Assembly: GCA_963752285.1 (NCBI GenBank)
Contig: CAVVXN010000002.1
Location: 416,001-480,000 of the forward strand
DNA length: 64,000 bases
Direction of reading: 5' to 3'
Origin: an uncultured Planctomycetota bacterium
GTDB taxonomy: Bacteria; Planctomycetota; PLA2; JAEUHO01
Positions 22,609 to 33,054 of the stretch are shown here, piece by piece. The notes under the pieces are model-generated. The model saw only the letters and a list, made by a program, of their open reading frames with translations, ran no database searches and had not been told where the DNA came from. The first letter of the stretch is position 1, and the number at the start of each line of letters is the position of its first letter. Both the position numbers and the translations under genes were made by a program.

Positions 22609-25590
22609 ATGGCCGTGCTCGTGATCCAGGCGCCCGACGGCTCCTCCCGGAGCGTGTTCCTGGAGGATCGCCCGGTCGTAATCGGGAGCGGGCCCGACGC
22701 GGACGTCGCGCTCCCGGGCCCCGACGTCTCGGCGCGGCACGCGCGCCTCCGCCCGCTGGAGGACGGGGGCTTCGTCCTGCGCGACCTCGGGTCGGACGCC
22801 GGGACGCGCGTGGGGGGACGGATCGTCCTCCGCGCGTACCTGGGTCTCGACGACACCTTCGAGGTCGGGGGAACGCGCCTGTCGGTCCGCGAGACCGCGC
22901 CGCCGCCGCGTCGGGCCGGGCCGGTCGTCGGGGGGACGCTCGATCTGAGGCCGGTGGCCGCGCCGTCCGCCGCCCCGCCTGCGACCGACGCGCCCGCGGA
23001 CGTCGAGCCCGCGGCGGCGGAGCCCGCCCCGCGCGGGGCGGCGCCGCGCTCGCTCCTCGACGTGCGCGCCCTCGAGCGGGCTTCGGTCGTGCTCGCGCTG
23101 GGCCTCGCCGCCGTCGCCGCGGTGTTCGCGTTCCTCGTCCCCGCGGCGGCGCACGCCCGGGCGCGGGCCGACGCGCGCCGTGACCTGCGCCAGGTCCTCG
23201 AGAACCTCGACCTCGCGCCCGACACGTTCGAGGTCAGCGCGCGCGCGTACCTGGCGGAGCACGCCGACGGTCCCGAGGCCGCCGAGCTCCAGGCGTACCT
23301 CGCGGCCGTGCGCGCCCGCGAGGCGGAGCGGGCCCGCCGGCAGGCCCGCCTCGTGGGCCTGACGCAGGACCTCTACGGGCTGCCCGAGAGCGAGGTCCGG
23401 GGCGCGTTGATCGACCTCGCGTCGGGGTTGCCGAAGGACGACGACCTCGCGCGGCAGGTGGCCCTCGCGCTCGAGGGCCTCGACCGCCGGCACGAGGCCG
23501 CCCAGGCCGCGGCGCTCGACGCCGTGCTCGGAACCGTTCGCTCCCGCATCGCCGCCGGGGACCCGGCCGGCGCGCTGCGCCGCCTCGCCGCGTTCGAGAA
23601 GGCCTGGCCCGCGGTCTCCTCCGCGGACCGGCCCCGCTACGAGGCGGCGACGGACGAGGCGGTGGCGGCGGTCGAGGCGCTCTCGACGAACGCGATCGCG
23701 GAGGCCGAGAAGACGACCGACCCGGTGGAACGCCGCCGCATCCTCGCCAAGGCCTGGCGGGGGCTCGAGGGCACGCCGCAGGGCGACCGCATCGCCGACG
23801 CGCTGCGGTACACCCGGATGACCGGGCGGCGGACGCCGACGGGGCCGACGCCCTCCACGGCGCCGCCCGGGCCGACCCCCGCGCCTGCCGAGACGCCGGA
23901 GGTCCCGCCCGAGGTCCTCGCGCGGGCGTCGGCCGCCGACGAGCTCGCCCGCCAGCGGCACTGGGCCGCCGCAGGGGACGCGTTCCGGGCGCTCGTCGAG
24001 GAAGCGCCGCCGCGCGGACGGCTCGCCGCCGAGTGGACGAGCCGGGCCGGCGACCTCGCGCGCCTGACCGCGCTCGTGGACGGTCTCGTCGCGCGCGCGG
24101 GGGGGCCCCGCCCGATCCACGCGCGCCTCGGGAGCGCGCACGCCACGGTCACGGCCGCGGACGCCGACGGCGTGACGTTCGCGGTCGGGGCGGAGGCGCG
24201 TCGTCTCGCCTGGCCCGAGATCCCCGACGACGCCCTGCTGCAGGTGCTCGCGCCTCCGCAGCCGACGCCGGCCGACCGCCTCGGCGTCGGCGTGCTCGCG
24301 GCTTCGCTCGGCAAGAAGGACGAGCTCGTGAAGGTCCTGGTCCCGCTCTTCGAGAAGGGAGAGGAGGTCGCCGCGGCGGGCGACCTCGTCGCGCGGTTCC
24401 TCTACGGCCGCGCCCGTCCGCCCGCGGACGGGTACCGCGTCTACAAGGGAGAGATCCTCGACCCGGAGACGTACACCCGTCGGGTCCGGGACGAGCGCGT
24501 CGCCGCGCTCCGGGACACCGCGACGCGGCTCTTCGCGCGGGTCGAGAAGGACCCGGGATTGAAGAAGCTCGAGAAGCTTCGCGCGCTCCGCGCGCAGCTG
24601 GACGAGCGCCGCCGCTACGCCCTCCTCGCGATCTTCGACGAGGTGCACTACCCCTACCCGGCCGACAAGGCCAGTCGCCCGTACCAGGAAGTGCAGAAGG
24701 AGATCGACCGCCGCGTCGCCGCGGCCCGGGAGATCTGGGACGACCCCTTCAAGGTCATGCTGCACCGCAAGGACGCGTTCGGCCGGCTGCTCGACGACTG
24801 GGACCGGACCCTCGGTGAGCTCCGCGCGGAGGGCGACGACGTCTCCGATCTCGAGGCCCGGATGAAGCCGATCTCGGACTACGTGACCGACACGCCGATC
24901 ACGATCCACGAGTTCTGGAAGGACGACGCCGAACGCGCGCTGCTCGCCTACAACCGCTGGGTGATGGACGTCTACAACCCGGCCCGCGTGGCAGAGGCCA
25001 CCGCCGCCGAGCGTGAGCAGACGCGCATCACGAACGAGTACCGGGCCCTGATGGGCTTCACGGCGACCGTCAGGCCGGGTCCGGGTCTCTACGACGCGAT
25101 CGACGAGAAGAACGTCCAGAAGATCCTCGACGAGGGGCGCATCGAGGCCACGCTGCCGCTCTACGCGGTGCGCATCGACGATCGCCTCGTGCGCTCCGCG
25201 CGGGGTCACAGCATCGACATGGACCGGCGCGGCTACTTCGCGCACTACGCGCCGCCCGACCCCGCGACGGGTGCGCCGTCCACCTCGCCCTTCGACCGGA
25301 TCCAGGCGGCGGGCTACGAGGGCGGCGGCGCCTCCGAGAACATCGCGACGGGGCCGTCGAACGGCCAGCAGGCCCACGACATGTGGGTCCACTCGAGCGG
25401 TCACCACCGGAACATCCTGAGCGGCTGGACCGACCAGGGCGTCGGCGTCTCCGGTCGGCTGTGGACGCAGAACTTCGGCGTGGGGGGCGGTGCGCCCCCC
25501 GAGATCCCCGCCGACGCGGAGCGCCCGCCGCCCGGCGACGCGGGCCGTTCCGCGGGCGGCGCTGGCGGGCCGCGGCGTCCTGGCCGATGA
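22609..25590 (+). CDS. Membrane-anchored protein: degenerate FHA, TM, long helical region, C-terminal CAP (SCP/PR-1) domain
   Basis: GGAGG RBS; FHA-like N-terminus; TM VVLALGLAAVAAVFAFLV; CAP motifs ARGHSIDM..RGYFAH, SENIA, WVHSSGHHRNIL, WTQNFG. Confidence 0.85.
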   Translation: MAVLVIQAPDGSSRSVFLEDRPVVIGSGPDADVALPGPDVSARHARLRPLEDGGFVLRDLGSDAGTRVGGRIVLRAYLGLDDTFEVGGTRLSVRETAPPPRRAGPVVGGTLDLRPVAAPSAAPPATDAPADVEPAAAEPAPRGAAPRSLLDVRALERASVVLALGLAAVAAVFAFLVPAAAHARARADARRDLRQVLENLDLAPDTFEVSARAYLAEHADGPEAAELQAYLAAVRAREAERARRQARLVGLTQDLYGLPESEVRGALIDLASGLPKDDDLARQVALALEGLDRRHEAAQAAALDAVLGTVRSRIAAGDPAGALRRLAAFEKAWPAVSSADRPRYEAATDEAVAAVEALSTNAIAEAEKTTDPVERRRILAKAWRGLEGTPQGDRIADALRYTRMTGRRTPTGPTPSTAPPGPTPAPAETPEVPPEVLARASAADELARQRHWAAAGDAFRALVEEAPPRGRLAAEWTSRAGDLARLTALVDGLVARAGGPRPIHARLGSAHATVTAADADGVTFAVGAEARRLAWPEIPDDALLQVLAPPQPTPADRLGVGVLAASLGKKDELVKVLVPLFEKGEEVAAAGDLVARFLYGRARPPADGYRVYKGEILDPETYTRRVRDERVAALRDTATRLFARVEKDPGLKKLEKLRALRAQLDERRRYALLAIFDEVHYPYPADKASRPYQEVQKEIDRRVAAAREIWDDPFKVMLHRKDAFGRLLDDWDRTLGELRAEGDDVSDLEARMKPISDYVTDTPITIHEFWKDDAERALLAYNRWVMDVYNPARVAEATAAEREQTRITNEYRALMGFTATVRPGPGLYDAIDEKNVQKILDEGRIEATLPLYAVRIDDRLVRSARGHSIDMDRRGYFAHYAPPDPATGAPSTSPFDRIQAAGYEGGGASENIATGPSNGQQAHDMWVHSSGHHRNILSGWTDQGVGVSGRLWTQNFGVGGGAPPEIPADAERPPPGDAGRSAGGAGGPRRPGR

Positions 25591-25640
25591 TGGGCGGTTT
25601 CCGCCCGACCCGGGCCGACCCACGAACGAGGAAGTGAACG

Positions 25641-27146
25641 GTGCCGAAGCTGTACATCGCCGAAGACGGCGCGACGTCGATCTACGAGATCCTGGAGGAC
25701 GAGGTCCAGGTGGGGCGCGGGGCGGCGAACCAGGTGCAGGTGCGCGACCCTCGGGCGAGCAAGGTGCACGGCGTGATCAAGAAGGTCCACGGCCGCTGGA
25801 AGTACGTGGACCTGGAGAGCAAGAACGGCACGCGCGTGAACGGGCGGTACCGGAACCAGCGATGGCTCCTCGCGGGCGACGCGCTCTCGGTCGGCCAGGC
25901 GACCGTCCGGTTCGACGCGCCCGCGGCGCCCGTCGCGCCGGTCCAGCCCGTCCCGGCGGCGCCCGCCGTCGCGCCGCCCGTGCCGCCCGTCGCGTCTCCG
26001 GCTCCGGTCGCGTTGCCGCCGCCCGTCCCCGCCGCGCGAACCGCGCCCCCGCCCGCCCCGCGGCCGGCGTCCGCGCCGCGCCCGTCCGCCGCGCGCCCGG
26101 CCGCGCCGTCGCGCCGCCCCGCGCCGCCCGCCGCGCCGCCCCCGGCTGCGCCGCCCGCGCCGCGTCCCGCTCCGGTGTCGCGCGCCTCCGGGCCGGTACG
26201 CTCGGGCGCGCCCCGTGCGCGCGCGGCCGCGCGCGGCGGACGCGGCGAGCCCCCGTACGACGAGTACGACGAGCGCCCCGGGCGCGCGCCGGGGCGGTCC
26301 TCGCGCTCGGCGTCGATCTGGATCCTCGGCGGGCTCGGCGCCGCCGCGTTCCTGGTCGTCATGTTCGTGGCGATGAACCCGAGCAAGAGCGTGAACCTCG
26401 AGGTCTGGCAGAAGGCGACCACGATGGTCGAGGACCAACACGACGTCCAGCGCGCGATCGACTATGCGAAGCGGAACGGCGTGAAGGGCGAGGATGGCTA
26501 CTGGCGCATCGAGACGAGCATCCCCAAGTGGGAGAAGATGCTCGAGCTCGAGCAGCGGAACGCCGAGAGCGACAAGGCCGAGGCCTGGCTCCGTCAGAAC
26601 GTCACGGACCACACCATCACGACGGCCTTCACCCCGCCCCGCGAGAAGCAGCTCCCGGACGAGCAGATCGCGAAGAGCCTCGCGTGGTTCTTGAACGAGT
26701 ACCGGGACACCCGGCCCGTCACCGACCTCCTGGGCAAGCCGGGCGAGCCCTGGATGACGTTCAAGCGGCTGCTCCGCGACTTCTCGAGCTCGGACGCCAC
26801 GGCGGCGGACAAGGCCTTCGAGGCGGCGAACGACAAGGCGAGGCACCTCGCCGCGGGCCAGCGGTTCGGCGAGGCCTACGCGGGCCTCGAGCGCGAGGCG
26901 CGGATCCAGGCCCTGCTGCTGAAGCCCGACCTCGCGAAGGCCTTCTCCGAGAAGGTGGACCGCGCGCTGCTCGGTCTCCAGACGGAGGCCGAGTCGGCGT
27001 TCGCACAGGACATGGCGGAGGTGAAGCGACTCGAGGCGGGCGGCCGCATGAACGAGGCGCGAGGCCGTCTGGACGCGATGATCGACCTGTACGGGATCGA
27101 GAGCCTCACGCGACAGGCGCAGGCGGAGCTCGACCGGATCCACTGA
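25641..27146 (+). CDS. FHA protein with Pro/Ala-rich linker, single TM and helical extracytoplasmic domain
   Basis: VGRG...ASKVHG...DLESKNGT; ~100-aa PA-rich linker; TM IWILGGLGAAAFLVVMFVAM. Confidence 0.85.
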   Translation: MPKLYIAEDGATSIYEILEDEVQVGRGAANQVQVRDPRASKVHGVIKKVHGRWKYVDLESKNGTRVNGRYRNQRWLLAGDALSVGQATVRFDAPAAPVAPVQPVPAAPAVAPPVPPVASPAPVALPPPVPAARTAPPPAPRPASAPRPSAARPAAPSRRPAPPAAPPPAAPPAPRPAPVSRASGPVRSGAPRARAAARGGRGEPPYDEYDERPGRAPGRSSRSASIWILGGLGAAAFLVVMFVAMNPSKSVNLEVWQKATTMVEDQHDVQRAIDYAKRNGVKGEDGYWRIETSIPKWEKMLELEQRNAESDKAEAWLRQNVTDHTITTAFTPPREKQLPDEQIAKSLAWFLNEYRDTRPVTDLLGKPGEPWMTFKRLLRDFSSSDATAADKAFEAANDKARHLAAGQRFGEAYAGLEREARIQALLLKPDLAKAFSEKVDRALLGLQTEAESAFAQDMAEVKRLEAGGRMNEARGRLDAMIDLYGIESLTRQAQAELDRIH

Positions 27147-27189
27147 GTCGGGGACCGTACGTCGCGCGGCGAGGCGTGGGCCGCCCATC

Positions 27190-28107
27190 CTACAGGATCG
27201 TCTTCCCCATCGCGCTCGCGACGAGCTCGACGGCGAGGGCGCCGGTCCGGTTCGACACGTCCACGACCGGGTTCAGCTCGACCATGTCGAGCCCGAGTAG
27301 GCGTCCGGTGCGTGCAACCTCCTCGCAGCAGAGATGGGCCTCGCGGTACGTGAGCCCGCCGGGGATCGGCGTCCCGACGCCGGGTGCCACGCTCGGGTCC
27401 ACGCCGTCGAGGTCGAAGGAGAGCCAGACGCCCGCCGTGTCGGTGGTGGCGACGCGGATCGCCTCCTCCACCGCGGCGGCCATCCCCGACCGGTCGATCT
27501 CGGCCATCGTGATCACGCGCACGCCGCTCCGGCGGACGAGGTCGCGCTCGGCGCGGTCCACGTCGCGCACGCCGACGACGGCCACGTGGCGGCCCTCCAC
27601 GGCCGGCGTCTCGCCGGCGAGCGAGGCGAGCTCGGGGATGCCGTAGCCGAGCAGGTGTGCGAGCGGCATCCCGTGGACGTTGCCGCTGGGCGAGGTCTCG
27701 GGCACGTTCATGTCGGTGTGCGCGTCCACCCACACGAGGCCGATCGGCTCGCCCCGCGCGTGGTGGTGGGCGGCCGCGGCGGCCACGCTCCCCATCGCCA
27801 CCGAGTGGTCGCCCCCGAGGCAGACCGGCACCGCGCCCTCCGCCATCGACGCGCCGACCGTCGCCATGAGTCCACGACAGACCGCGGCGATCTGGGGGAG
27901 GTAGCGCGCGTCCGGCCGGCCGACGTCCGTGGACTCCGCGTCGGGCGCCTCGATCGACCCGCGGTCGAGCACGCGCCAGCCGATGTCCGACAGGGCGGCC
28001 CCGAGCCCGGCGATGCGGATCGCGGAGGGGCCCATGTCCACGCCGCGTCGTCCCGCCCCGAGGTCGAGACGCGCCGACACCACCGCGCAGGTCCGGGACG
28101 TGTTCAT
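27190..28107 (-). CDS. rocF: Arginase
   Basis: GVDMGPSAIR, GGDHS, WVDAHTD, SGNVHGMP, SFDLDGVDP, PGVGTP, VELNP. Start at ATG 28107; the longer track ORF is an upstream extension. Confidence 0.95.
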   Translation of the reverse strand: MNTSRTCAVVSARLDLGAGRRGVDMGPSAIRIAGLGAALSDIGWRVLDRGSIEAPDAESTDVGRPDARYLPQIAAVCRGLMATVGASMAEGAVPVCLGGDHSVAMGSVAAAAAHHHARGEPIGLVWVDAHTDMNVPETSPSGNVHGMPLAHLLGYGIPELASLAGETPAVEGRHVAVVGVRDVDRAERDLVRRSGVRVITMAEIDRSGMAAAVEEAIRVATTDTAGVWLSFDLDGVDPSVAPGVGTPIPGGLTYREAHLCCEEVARTGRLLGLDMVELNPVVDVSNRTGALAVELVASAMGKTIL

Positions 28108-28127
28108 GCGCCGATTCTCGCTCCCGC

Positions 28128-29675
28128 TCAGCGGGGTCGCCCGGAAGGTCCGCGCTTGTGCTCCACGAAGCGCCGGATCCGGGCGACGAAACGCCGTCGG
28201 TCCACGTCGAGCCGGGGGTGGAGGCCGAGGTACGCCCGGAGCACGCGCGCCCGGTCGGTCGAGCCGGCGGCGAGGCTCGCGTCGAGCCGCGCGAGGTCGC
28301 GGGCGCGCCGCCGCCAGCCGACGCCCCGCCGGACGACGCGGGCCCCGTCGAGGTCGGTGACCCAGAACGCGGGCGTCGCCCCCGACCCGGCGCGCACGAG
28401 GAGGTTCGGGGCCTTGAGGTCGCGGTGGCGGACGTCCGCGTCGTGGAGACGGCGGAGGAACCTCCCCAGCGCCCGGGCGAGCGCGCGGCGTTCGCCGGGC
28501 GAGAGCCCGTCGAGGCCGGGCCCGTCCGTCGCGTTCGCGAAGCGGTGGAGGTCGGGCGCGTCCACGTGCTCGGAGACGAGCACGCCCGCGCGGTCCGGGC
28601 CCGAGACCGCGAGGAGCGCACGCGGCACCGCGACCCCGCGGTGATCCAGTGCGACGGCCAGGCGGAACGTGCGGATCGACCGTGGCGTTCGCCCCCGCAG
28701 GACGGGCCGCCATCGCTTGAGCACGACCGGGTCGGTGCCCGGGAGGCGCGCGAGGACCACGCGGCCGTCGCCCTTCAGTGCGCGCGCGTCCGCGGGGTCC
28801 GCGGCGGCGATCGTCCCCGCGAGCGCGCGCCACGCCTCGGGCGTCTCGCGGCGCCGTACCGCGCGGCCGCCGCCGGGCGGCGTGAACACCTCGTAGTGCA
28901 GGCCGCTCCGGGTCGCCCGCCGGTCGCGCCGTCGCCGGTACGCGCGCGCGACCTGGCGGGCGCGTCGTTCGACCTCGACGGCGAGCGGCGCCCAGCGGCT
29001 CCGCGGCGCGCCGCCTTCCGCGGCGACGAGGCACGCGAGGAGCGCGCGGAGCCGCTGTGTACGCGACGCCTCGCCGAACACCGCGTGCCGCGCGCGGGCG
29101 AGCGTCCGGAGGAGACGTGCGCGGAGGCGGACGGCCGAGACGCGCGTCGCGCGGTCCACGCGCGCACCTCCCACGTCCACGAGCCAGGGGTCCTCGCCGA
29201 CGAGGCCGAGGTTCTTCCCCGTGAGGTCGCGGTGTTCGAGCCCGACGGCGACCGCGCGACCCAGGAGGTCGCCCACGCGCGCCGCGAGGCGCGGCGGCGC
29301 GTCGCGCCAGGGGGGGAGCGGACGAAGACCCTCCACGGCCTCCGTCGCGAGGAGGTCCGCGCCCTCGTCCGTCCACCCGAGCGCGCGCGGAACGGGGAGG
29401 CCGGCGGCGGCGAGCCGCACGAGGAGCCTCCCCTCGCGCGGGCCCTTCCCGCCGGAGAGCCGCCGGCGGAGGCGGTCGCCCCGCGTGACCGGCCGGCTCC
29501 ACTTGACGACGACCGCCGACGGCGCGCCCTCGGGGCGGCCGCCGACCACGGCGCGCATCGGCCGCGCGCGCGCGAGGGGCGTGAACGGCGGCGGCGCCTC
29601 GGGCCACGTCGCGGCCGTGAAGCCCGACTCGAGCCGGCGTCCCACCGCCTCCCAACCAGGTGCCCACCAATCCAT
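28128..29675 (-). CDS. Tandem lipopolysaccharide kinase (Kdo/WaaP/InaA family), two kinase domains
   Basis: Two catalytic loops, HRDLTGKN...WLVDVG and HRDLKAPN...VTDLDG, each followed by S.T.R.R.L.; divergent from lptFG. Confidence 0.75.
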   Translation of the reverse strand: MDWWAPGWEAVGRRLESGFTAATWPEAPPPFTPLARARPMRAVVGGRPEGAPSAVVVKWSRPVTRGDRLRRRLSGGKGPREGRLLVRLAAAGLPVPRALGWTDEGADLLATEAVEGLRPLPPWRDAPPRLAARVGDLLGRAVAVGLEHRDLTGKNLGLVGEDPWLVDVGGARVDRATRVSAVRLRARLLRTLARARHAVFGEASRTQRLRALLACLVAAEGGAPRSRWAPLAVEVERRARQVARAYRRRRDRRATRSGLHYEVFTPPGGGRAVRRRETPEAWRALAGTIAAADPADARALKGDGRVVLARLPGTDPVVLKRWRPVLRGRTPRSIRTFRLAVALDHRGVAVPRALLAVSGPDRAGVLVSEHVDAPDLHRFANATDGPGLDGLSPGERRALARALGRFLRRLHDADVRHRDLKAPNLLVRAGSGATPAFWVTDLDGARVVRRGVGWRRRARDLARLDASLAAGSTDRARVLRAYLGLHPRLDVDRRRFVARIRRFVEHKRGPSGRPR

Positions 29676-29728
29676 GCGGGGCCGCGTATCCTACCCCCCG
29701 CGGGGGAAGGGAGCCGTAGCCCAAGGCG

Positions 29729-30856
29729 ATGCTCAGGTTCCAGCGCGCGCTCCTGGGGGAGATCGCCTTCATCTTCCTCGGCGTGCTCGGCGTCGTGACG
29801 ACCGTCATCTTCGCCGGGATCACGCTTCGGCTCTTCGCCAAGGGCCAGGGCGCGGGGCTCGACCTCATGCTCGAGCTCCTGCCGAGCATGCTTCCCCTCT
29901 CGCTCTCGTTCAGCATTCCGTTCGCGTGGCTCGCGTCCGTGACGCTCGTGCTCGGGCGCATGGTCGCCGACCACGAGATCATGGCCCTCCGGGCCGCCGG
30001 CCTCCACCTCGGGGTGGTCGCCATGCCCGTGATCGCGGTGGGCGCGATCCTGTCCGTCGTGACGGTGGCCTTGAACGTGTACGAGGTCCCGGAGGCGCAG
30101 CGCGACCTCCGCGCGGGGGTCCGCCGCTACCTCCCCGTGTTCCTGACCTCGCTTCGGAACGTGGACCGGACCGTCGCCTTGAACAACGGCCGCTTCTCGT
30201 TTTCCAGGTACCGCGACGGGGCGTTCTGGGACGTGGAGCTCGACCGCCGGCGCGGCGACGGGCAGCTCGAGATCAAGGTGCTCGCCCACAAGGTCACGAT
30301 CAGCAGCCTCGCCGAGGGCGAGGGCCAGGACGCCCTCGAGTTCCTCTTCGAGGACGCCACGGTGCTCCGTGCCACGTCGAGCGGGGAGACCCAGGTGGAC
30401 GTGCAGAACGTGTGCACGCTCCAGATGGGGCAGGTCGAACGCGTCGGCGCGAGCGTGCTCTTCAACGAGTTCTTCGGGACGCGACGATTCCTCGAGCGGC
30501 CGCGCGACATGGACCTCCCCGAGCTCGCGTACGCCGAGGCGCAGGGCGGCGTGTGGCGGGGCTCGTTGCACCGCATTCGCAAGGCCTACCACGGACGGCT
30601 CGCGGTCGGCCTCGCGCCGTTCGTCCTCGGCCTCTTCGCCATCGCGATGGCCCTGCTCCTGCCTCCAACCGGCCGGCGCGTGCGCGACTTCCTGCTCTGC
30701 TTCCTGCCGCCCGTGCTCCTGTACTTCCCGGTCTACCTCGCGGCGTACTCGACCGGCGGCATCGGCCCGATGTCGGAGTGGGTGGCGATGTGGTCGGCCG
30801 ACCTGCTGCTCGGCGCCCTGGGGCTCGGTCTCCTCGTCGCGGCGTTCCGGCGATGA
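29729..30856 (+). CDS. lptF: LPS export ABC permease LptF/LptG family
   Basis: 3+3 TM layout with a periplasmic beta domain; GRMVADHEIMALRAAG. Confidence 0.85.
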   Translation: MLRFQRALLGEIAFIFLGVLGVVTTVIFAGITLRLFAKGQGAGLDLMLELLPSMLPLSLSFSIPFAWLASVTLVLGRMVADHEIMALRAAGLHLGVVAMPVIAVGAILSVVTVALNVYEVPEAQRDLRAGVRRYLPVFLTSLRNVDRTVALNNGRFSFSRYRDGAFWDVELDRRRGDGQLEIKVLAHKVTISSLAEGEGQDALEFLFEDATVLRATSSGETQVDVQNVCTLQMGQVERVGASVLFNEFFGTRRFLERPRDMDLPELAYAEAQGGVWRGSLHRIRKAYHGRLAVGLAPFVLGLFAIAMALLLPPTGRRVRDFLLCFLPPVLLYFPVYLAAYSTGGIGPMSEWVAMWSADLLLGALGLGLLVAAFRR

Positions 30857-31962
30857 TCGGCGTCCGCCGCCACGACCGGTACGTGCTGCGCGCGTTCTGG
30901 AGCGCGTTCGGCGCGGTGCTCGTGTTCTTCACGGTCATCGTGATCGTGATCCACATGTCCGACCGCCTCGCGCGGCTCGTCCGGCACTGGCAGCCCCTTC
31001 GCGACCTCGGCTACCGGCCGCTCGCGATCCTCGCCGAGTACTACGCGACGCTCGTCCCGTTCCTCTGGATGCAGATCGTCCCGCTCGCGGCCGTGCTCGC
31101 CGCCGCGTTCGCGTTGACGCGCCTTACCCGTCACAACGAGCTCGCGCCCGTCGTCACCGCCGGCGTCTCCACGCGCCGGCTGACCCTCCCGATCCTCGTG
31201 GCCGGCGCGGCGATCGGGGGCGCGCTCTTCCTCATGCAGGAGACGATCGCCCCGCGGCTGAACCGCCGGAACCTCGCGCTCGAGCGGCTGATCAACGAGT
31301 CCGATCCGGGCCGCGACACCGAGGTCCCGCACTTCGACGACCCGGGCGGCGCGCGGCTCTCCGTGGCGGCCTTCGACACGAACGACCTCCGGCTCGAGGG
31401 CGCGATCCTCGTCTTCCGAAGCCCCGAGGGCCGGATCGACGAGGTCCGCGCGTACCCCGCGCTCAAGTGGGATCCCGCGGGCCGGTGGATCGCGGAGGGG
31501 GAGGGCACGCGGTACGTACTGCCGCCCGGCGGCGGGGACCCGCAACGCGTCCGCATCCCGGTCACGGAGCCGGTGCCCCTCGAGACCGATCTCGACCTCT
31601 TCGAGGTGAACACGCTCAAGGACGCCGCCCTCGGCCTCTCGACCCACGAGACGGGGGAGCTCGTCCGGGCCGACCCCGACAACCCGCGCATCGTGATGCT
31701 CCACAACCAGCTCTTCGCGCGCGCCTTCGTGCCGTTGGTGCTCCTCCTGTTCGGCCTGCCGTTCTGCCTGGGCCTCGGGCGGCGGAGCGCGATCCCGGGC
31801 ACGATCGCCGTCCTCGCGACGGGCGCCGTCTACTACGCGACCAGCTTCCTCGCCGAGAGCCTGGCGGCGAGCGGGTCGCTCAATGCGGTGTTCCTCGCCT
31901 GGTTCCCGGTGGTCGCGTTCGGGAGCGTCGGGCTCGGGCTCTGGGCCACCATGGACTCGTGA
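30853..31962 (+). CDS. lptG: LPS export ABC permease LptF/LptG family
   Basis: ATGA overlap; DRYVLRAF, LTRHNELAPVVTAGVS, LAWFP. Confidence 0.85.
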   Translation: MIGVRRHDRYVLRAFWSAFGAVLVFFTVIVIVIHMSDRLARLVRHWQPLRDLGYRPLAILAEYYATLVPFLWMQIVPLAAVLAAAFALTRLTRHNELAPVVTAGVSTRRLTLPILVAGAAIGGALFLMQETIAPRLNRRNLALERLINESDPGRDTEVPHFDDPGGARLSVAAFDTNDLRLEGAILVFRSPEGRIDEVRAYPALKWDPAGRWIAEGEGTRYVLPPGGGDPQRVRIPVTEPVPLETDLDLFEVNTLKDAALGLSTHETGELVRADPDNPRIVMLHNQLFARAFVPLVLLLFGLPFCLGLGRRSAIPGTIAVLATGAVYYATSFLAESLAASGSLNAVFLAWFPVVAFGSVGLGLWATMDS

Positions 31963-32028
31963 CGAGCGGGCCGCGCCGGGGCGCGGCCCGACGGCGAATG
32001 TCCGTTCGGCGCCGGTCTTGCGGGCACA

Positions 32029-33054
32029 ATGTGGGCGATGCCGTGGCTGGAACGGACGTACGCCGACCTCTCGCGCCCCCTCCAGGCGTTCACGTTCGTC
32101 GTGGACGCCGTCGAGGCGGGACGTCGGCTCGACGCCCTCCTCTCCGCCCACTACCCCTGGCGCAGCCGGACGCACTACCAGGGCATGATCGCGCGGGGCG
32201 AGGTCCGCGTGGACGACCGCCCGGCGAAGCCCGCGACCCGGCCGCGGCGCGGCCAGACCGTCGTGGTGCGTCTGCCCGTGGACCCCGCCGCGCCGTCCCG
32301 CGAGTCGGCCGACGGCCTTCGCTTCCTCTACGAGGACGAGCACCTCGCCGCCGTGGACAAGCCGAGCGGCATGACCGTGCACCCGGCGGGCCGCACGCGC
32401 CACGGGACGCTCATCAACAAGCTGCACGCGCGGTACCGTTCCGACGACCCGGCCCGGGACGTCGTGCCGCGTCTGGGCCACCGCATCGACCGTGACACGA
32501 GCGGGGTCGTGCTGGTCGTGAAGAACCGCCCCGTGGACGCGCTCGTGACGGATGCCTTCACGGAACGGCGCGTCGAGAAGACGTACCTCGCGATCGTCTC
32601 CGGCGTGCCGCGGGAGAGGCAGGGGTCGATCGACGCGCCCCTCGGTCCCGATCCCGAGGGCGGGACGCAGCTCGCGATGAAGGTCCGACCCGACGGCCAG
32701 GCCGCGCGCACGCGCTGGCACGTCGAGCGCGCGTTCTCGCGGCACGCCCTGCTGCGCCTCGAACCGCGGACGGGCCGGACCCACCAGATTCGCGTGCACC
32801 TCGCGCACCTCGGCCATCCGATCGTCTGCGACCATCTCTACGGAGACCTGCGTCCGCTGCTCCTCTCGGACGCCGACCCGCGCGTGGACGTGAGGGACGA
32901 CCGCGTGATCCTGGAGCGACTCGCGCTCCACGCGCACCGGATCGAGCTCGACCACCCGGTCACGGGCGCGCGGCTCGTGATCGAGAGCCCCTTGCCCGCC
33001 GACCTCGCCGCCGCGGTGGACGCCCTCGCGGGGATGGCCGGAGCGCGCTCGTGA
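32029..33054 (+). CDS. rluD: RluA-family pseudouridine synthase with S4 domain (RluD-like)
   Basis: RLDALLS, VDKPSGMTVHP, HRIDRDTSG, GRTHQIRVH, LALHA. Confidence 0.9.
   Translation: MWAMPWLERTYADLSRPLQAFTFVVDAVEAGRRLDALLSAHYPWRSRTHYQGMIARGEVRVDDRPAKPATRPRRGQTVVVRLPVDPAAPSRESADGLRFLYEDEHLAAVDKPSGMTVHPAGRTRHGTLINKLHARYRSDDPARDVVPRLGHRIDRDTSGVVLVVKNRPVDALVTDAFTERRVEKTYLAIVSGVPRERQGSIDAPLGPDPEGGTQLAMKVRPDGQAARTRWHVERAFSRHALLRLEPRTGRTHQIRVHLAHLGHPIVCDHLYGDLRPLLLSDADPRVDVRDDRVILERLALHAHRIELDHPVTGARLVIESPLPADLAAAVDALAGMAGARS

Noticed and set aside
25920..26240. Low-complexity GC repeats
   Set aside because: They encode the Pro/Ala linker of the FHA protein and are not an independent DNA element.
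27190..30024. 944-aa arginase fusion
   Set aside because: Arginase starts at 28107; the upstream part is an alternative frame over the kinase gene.
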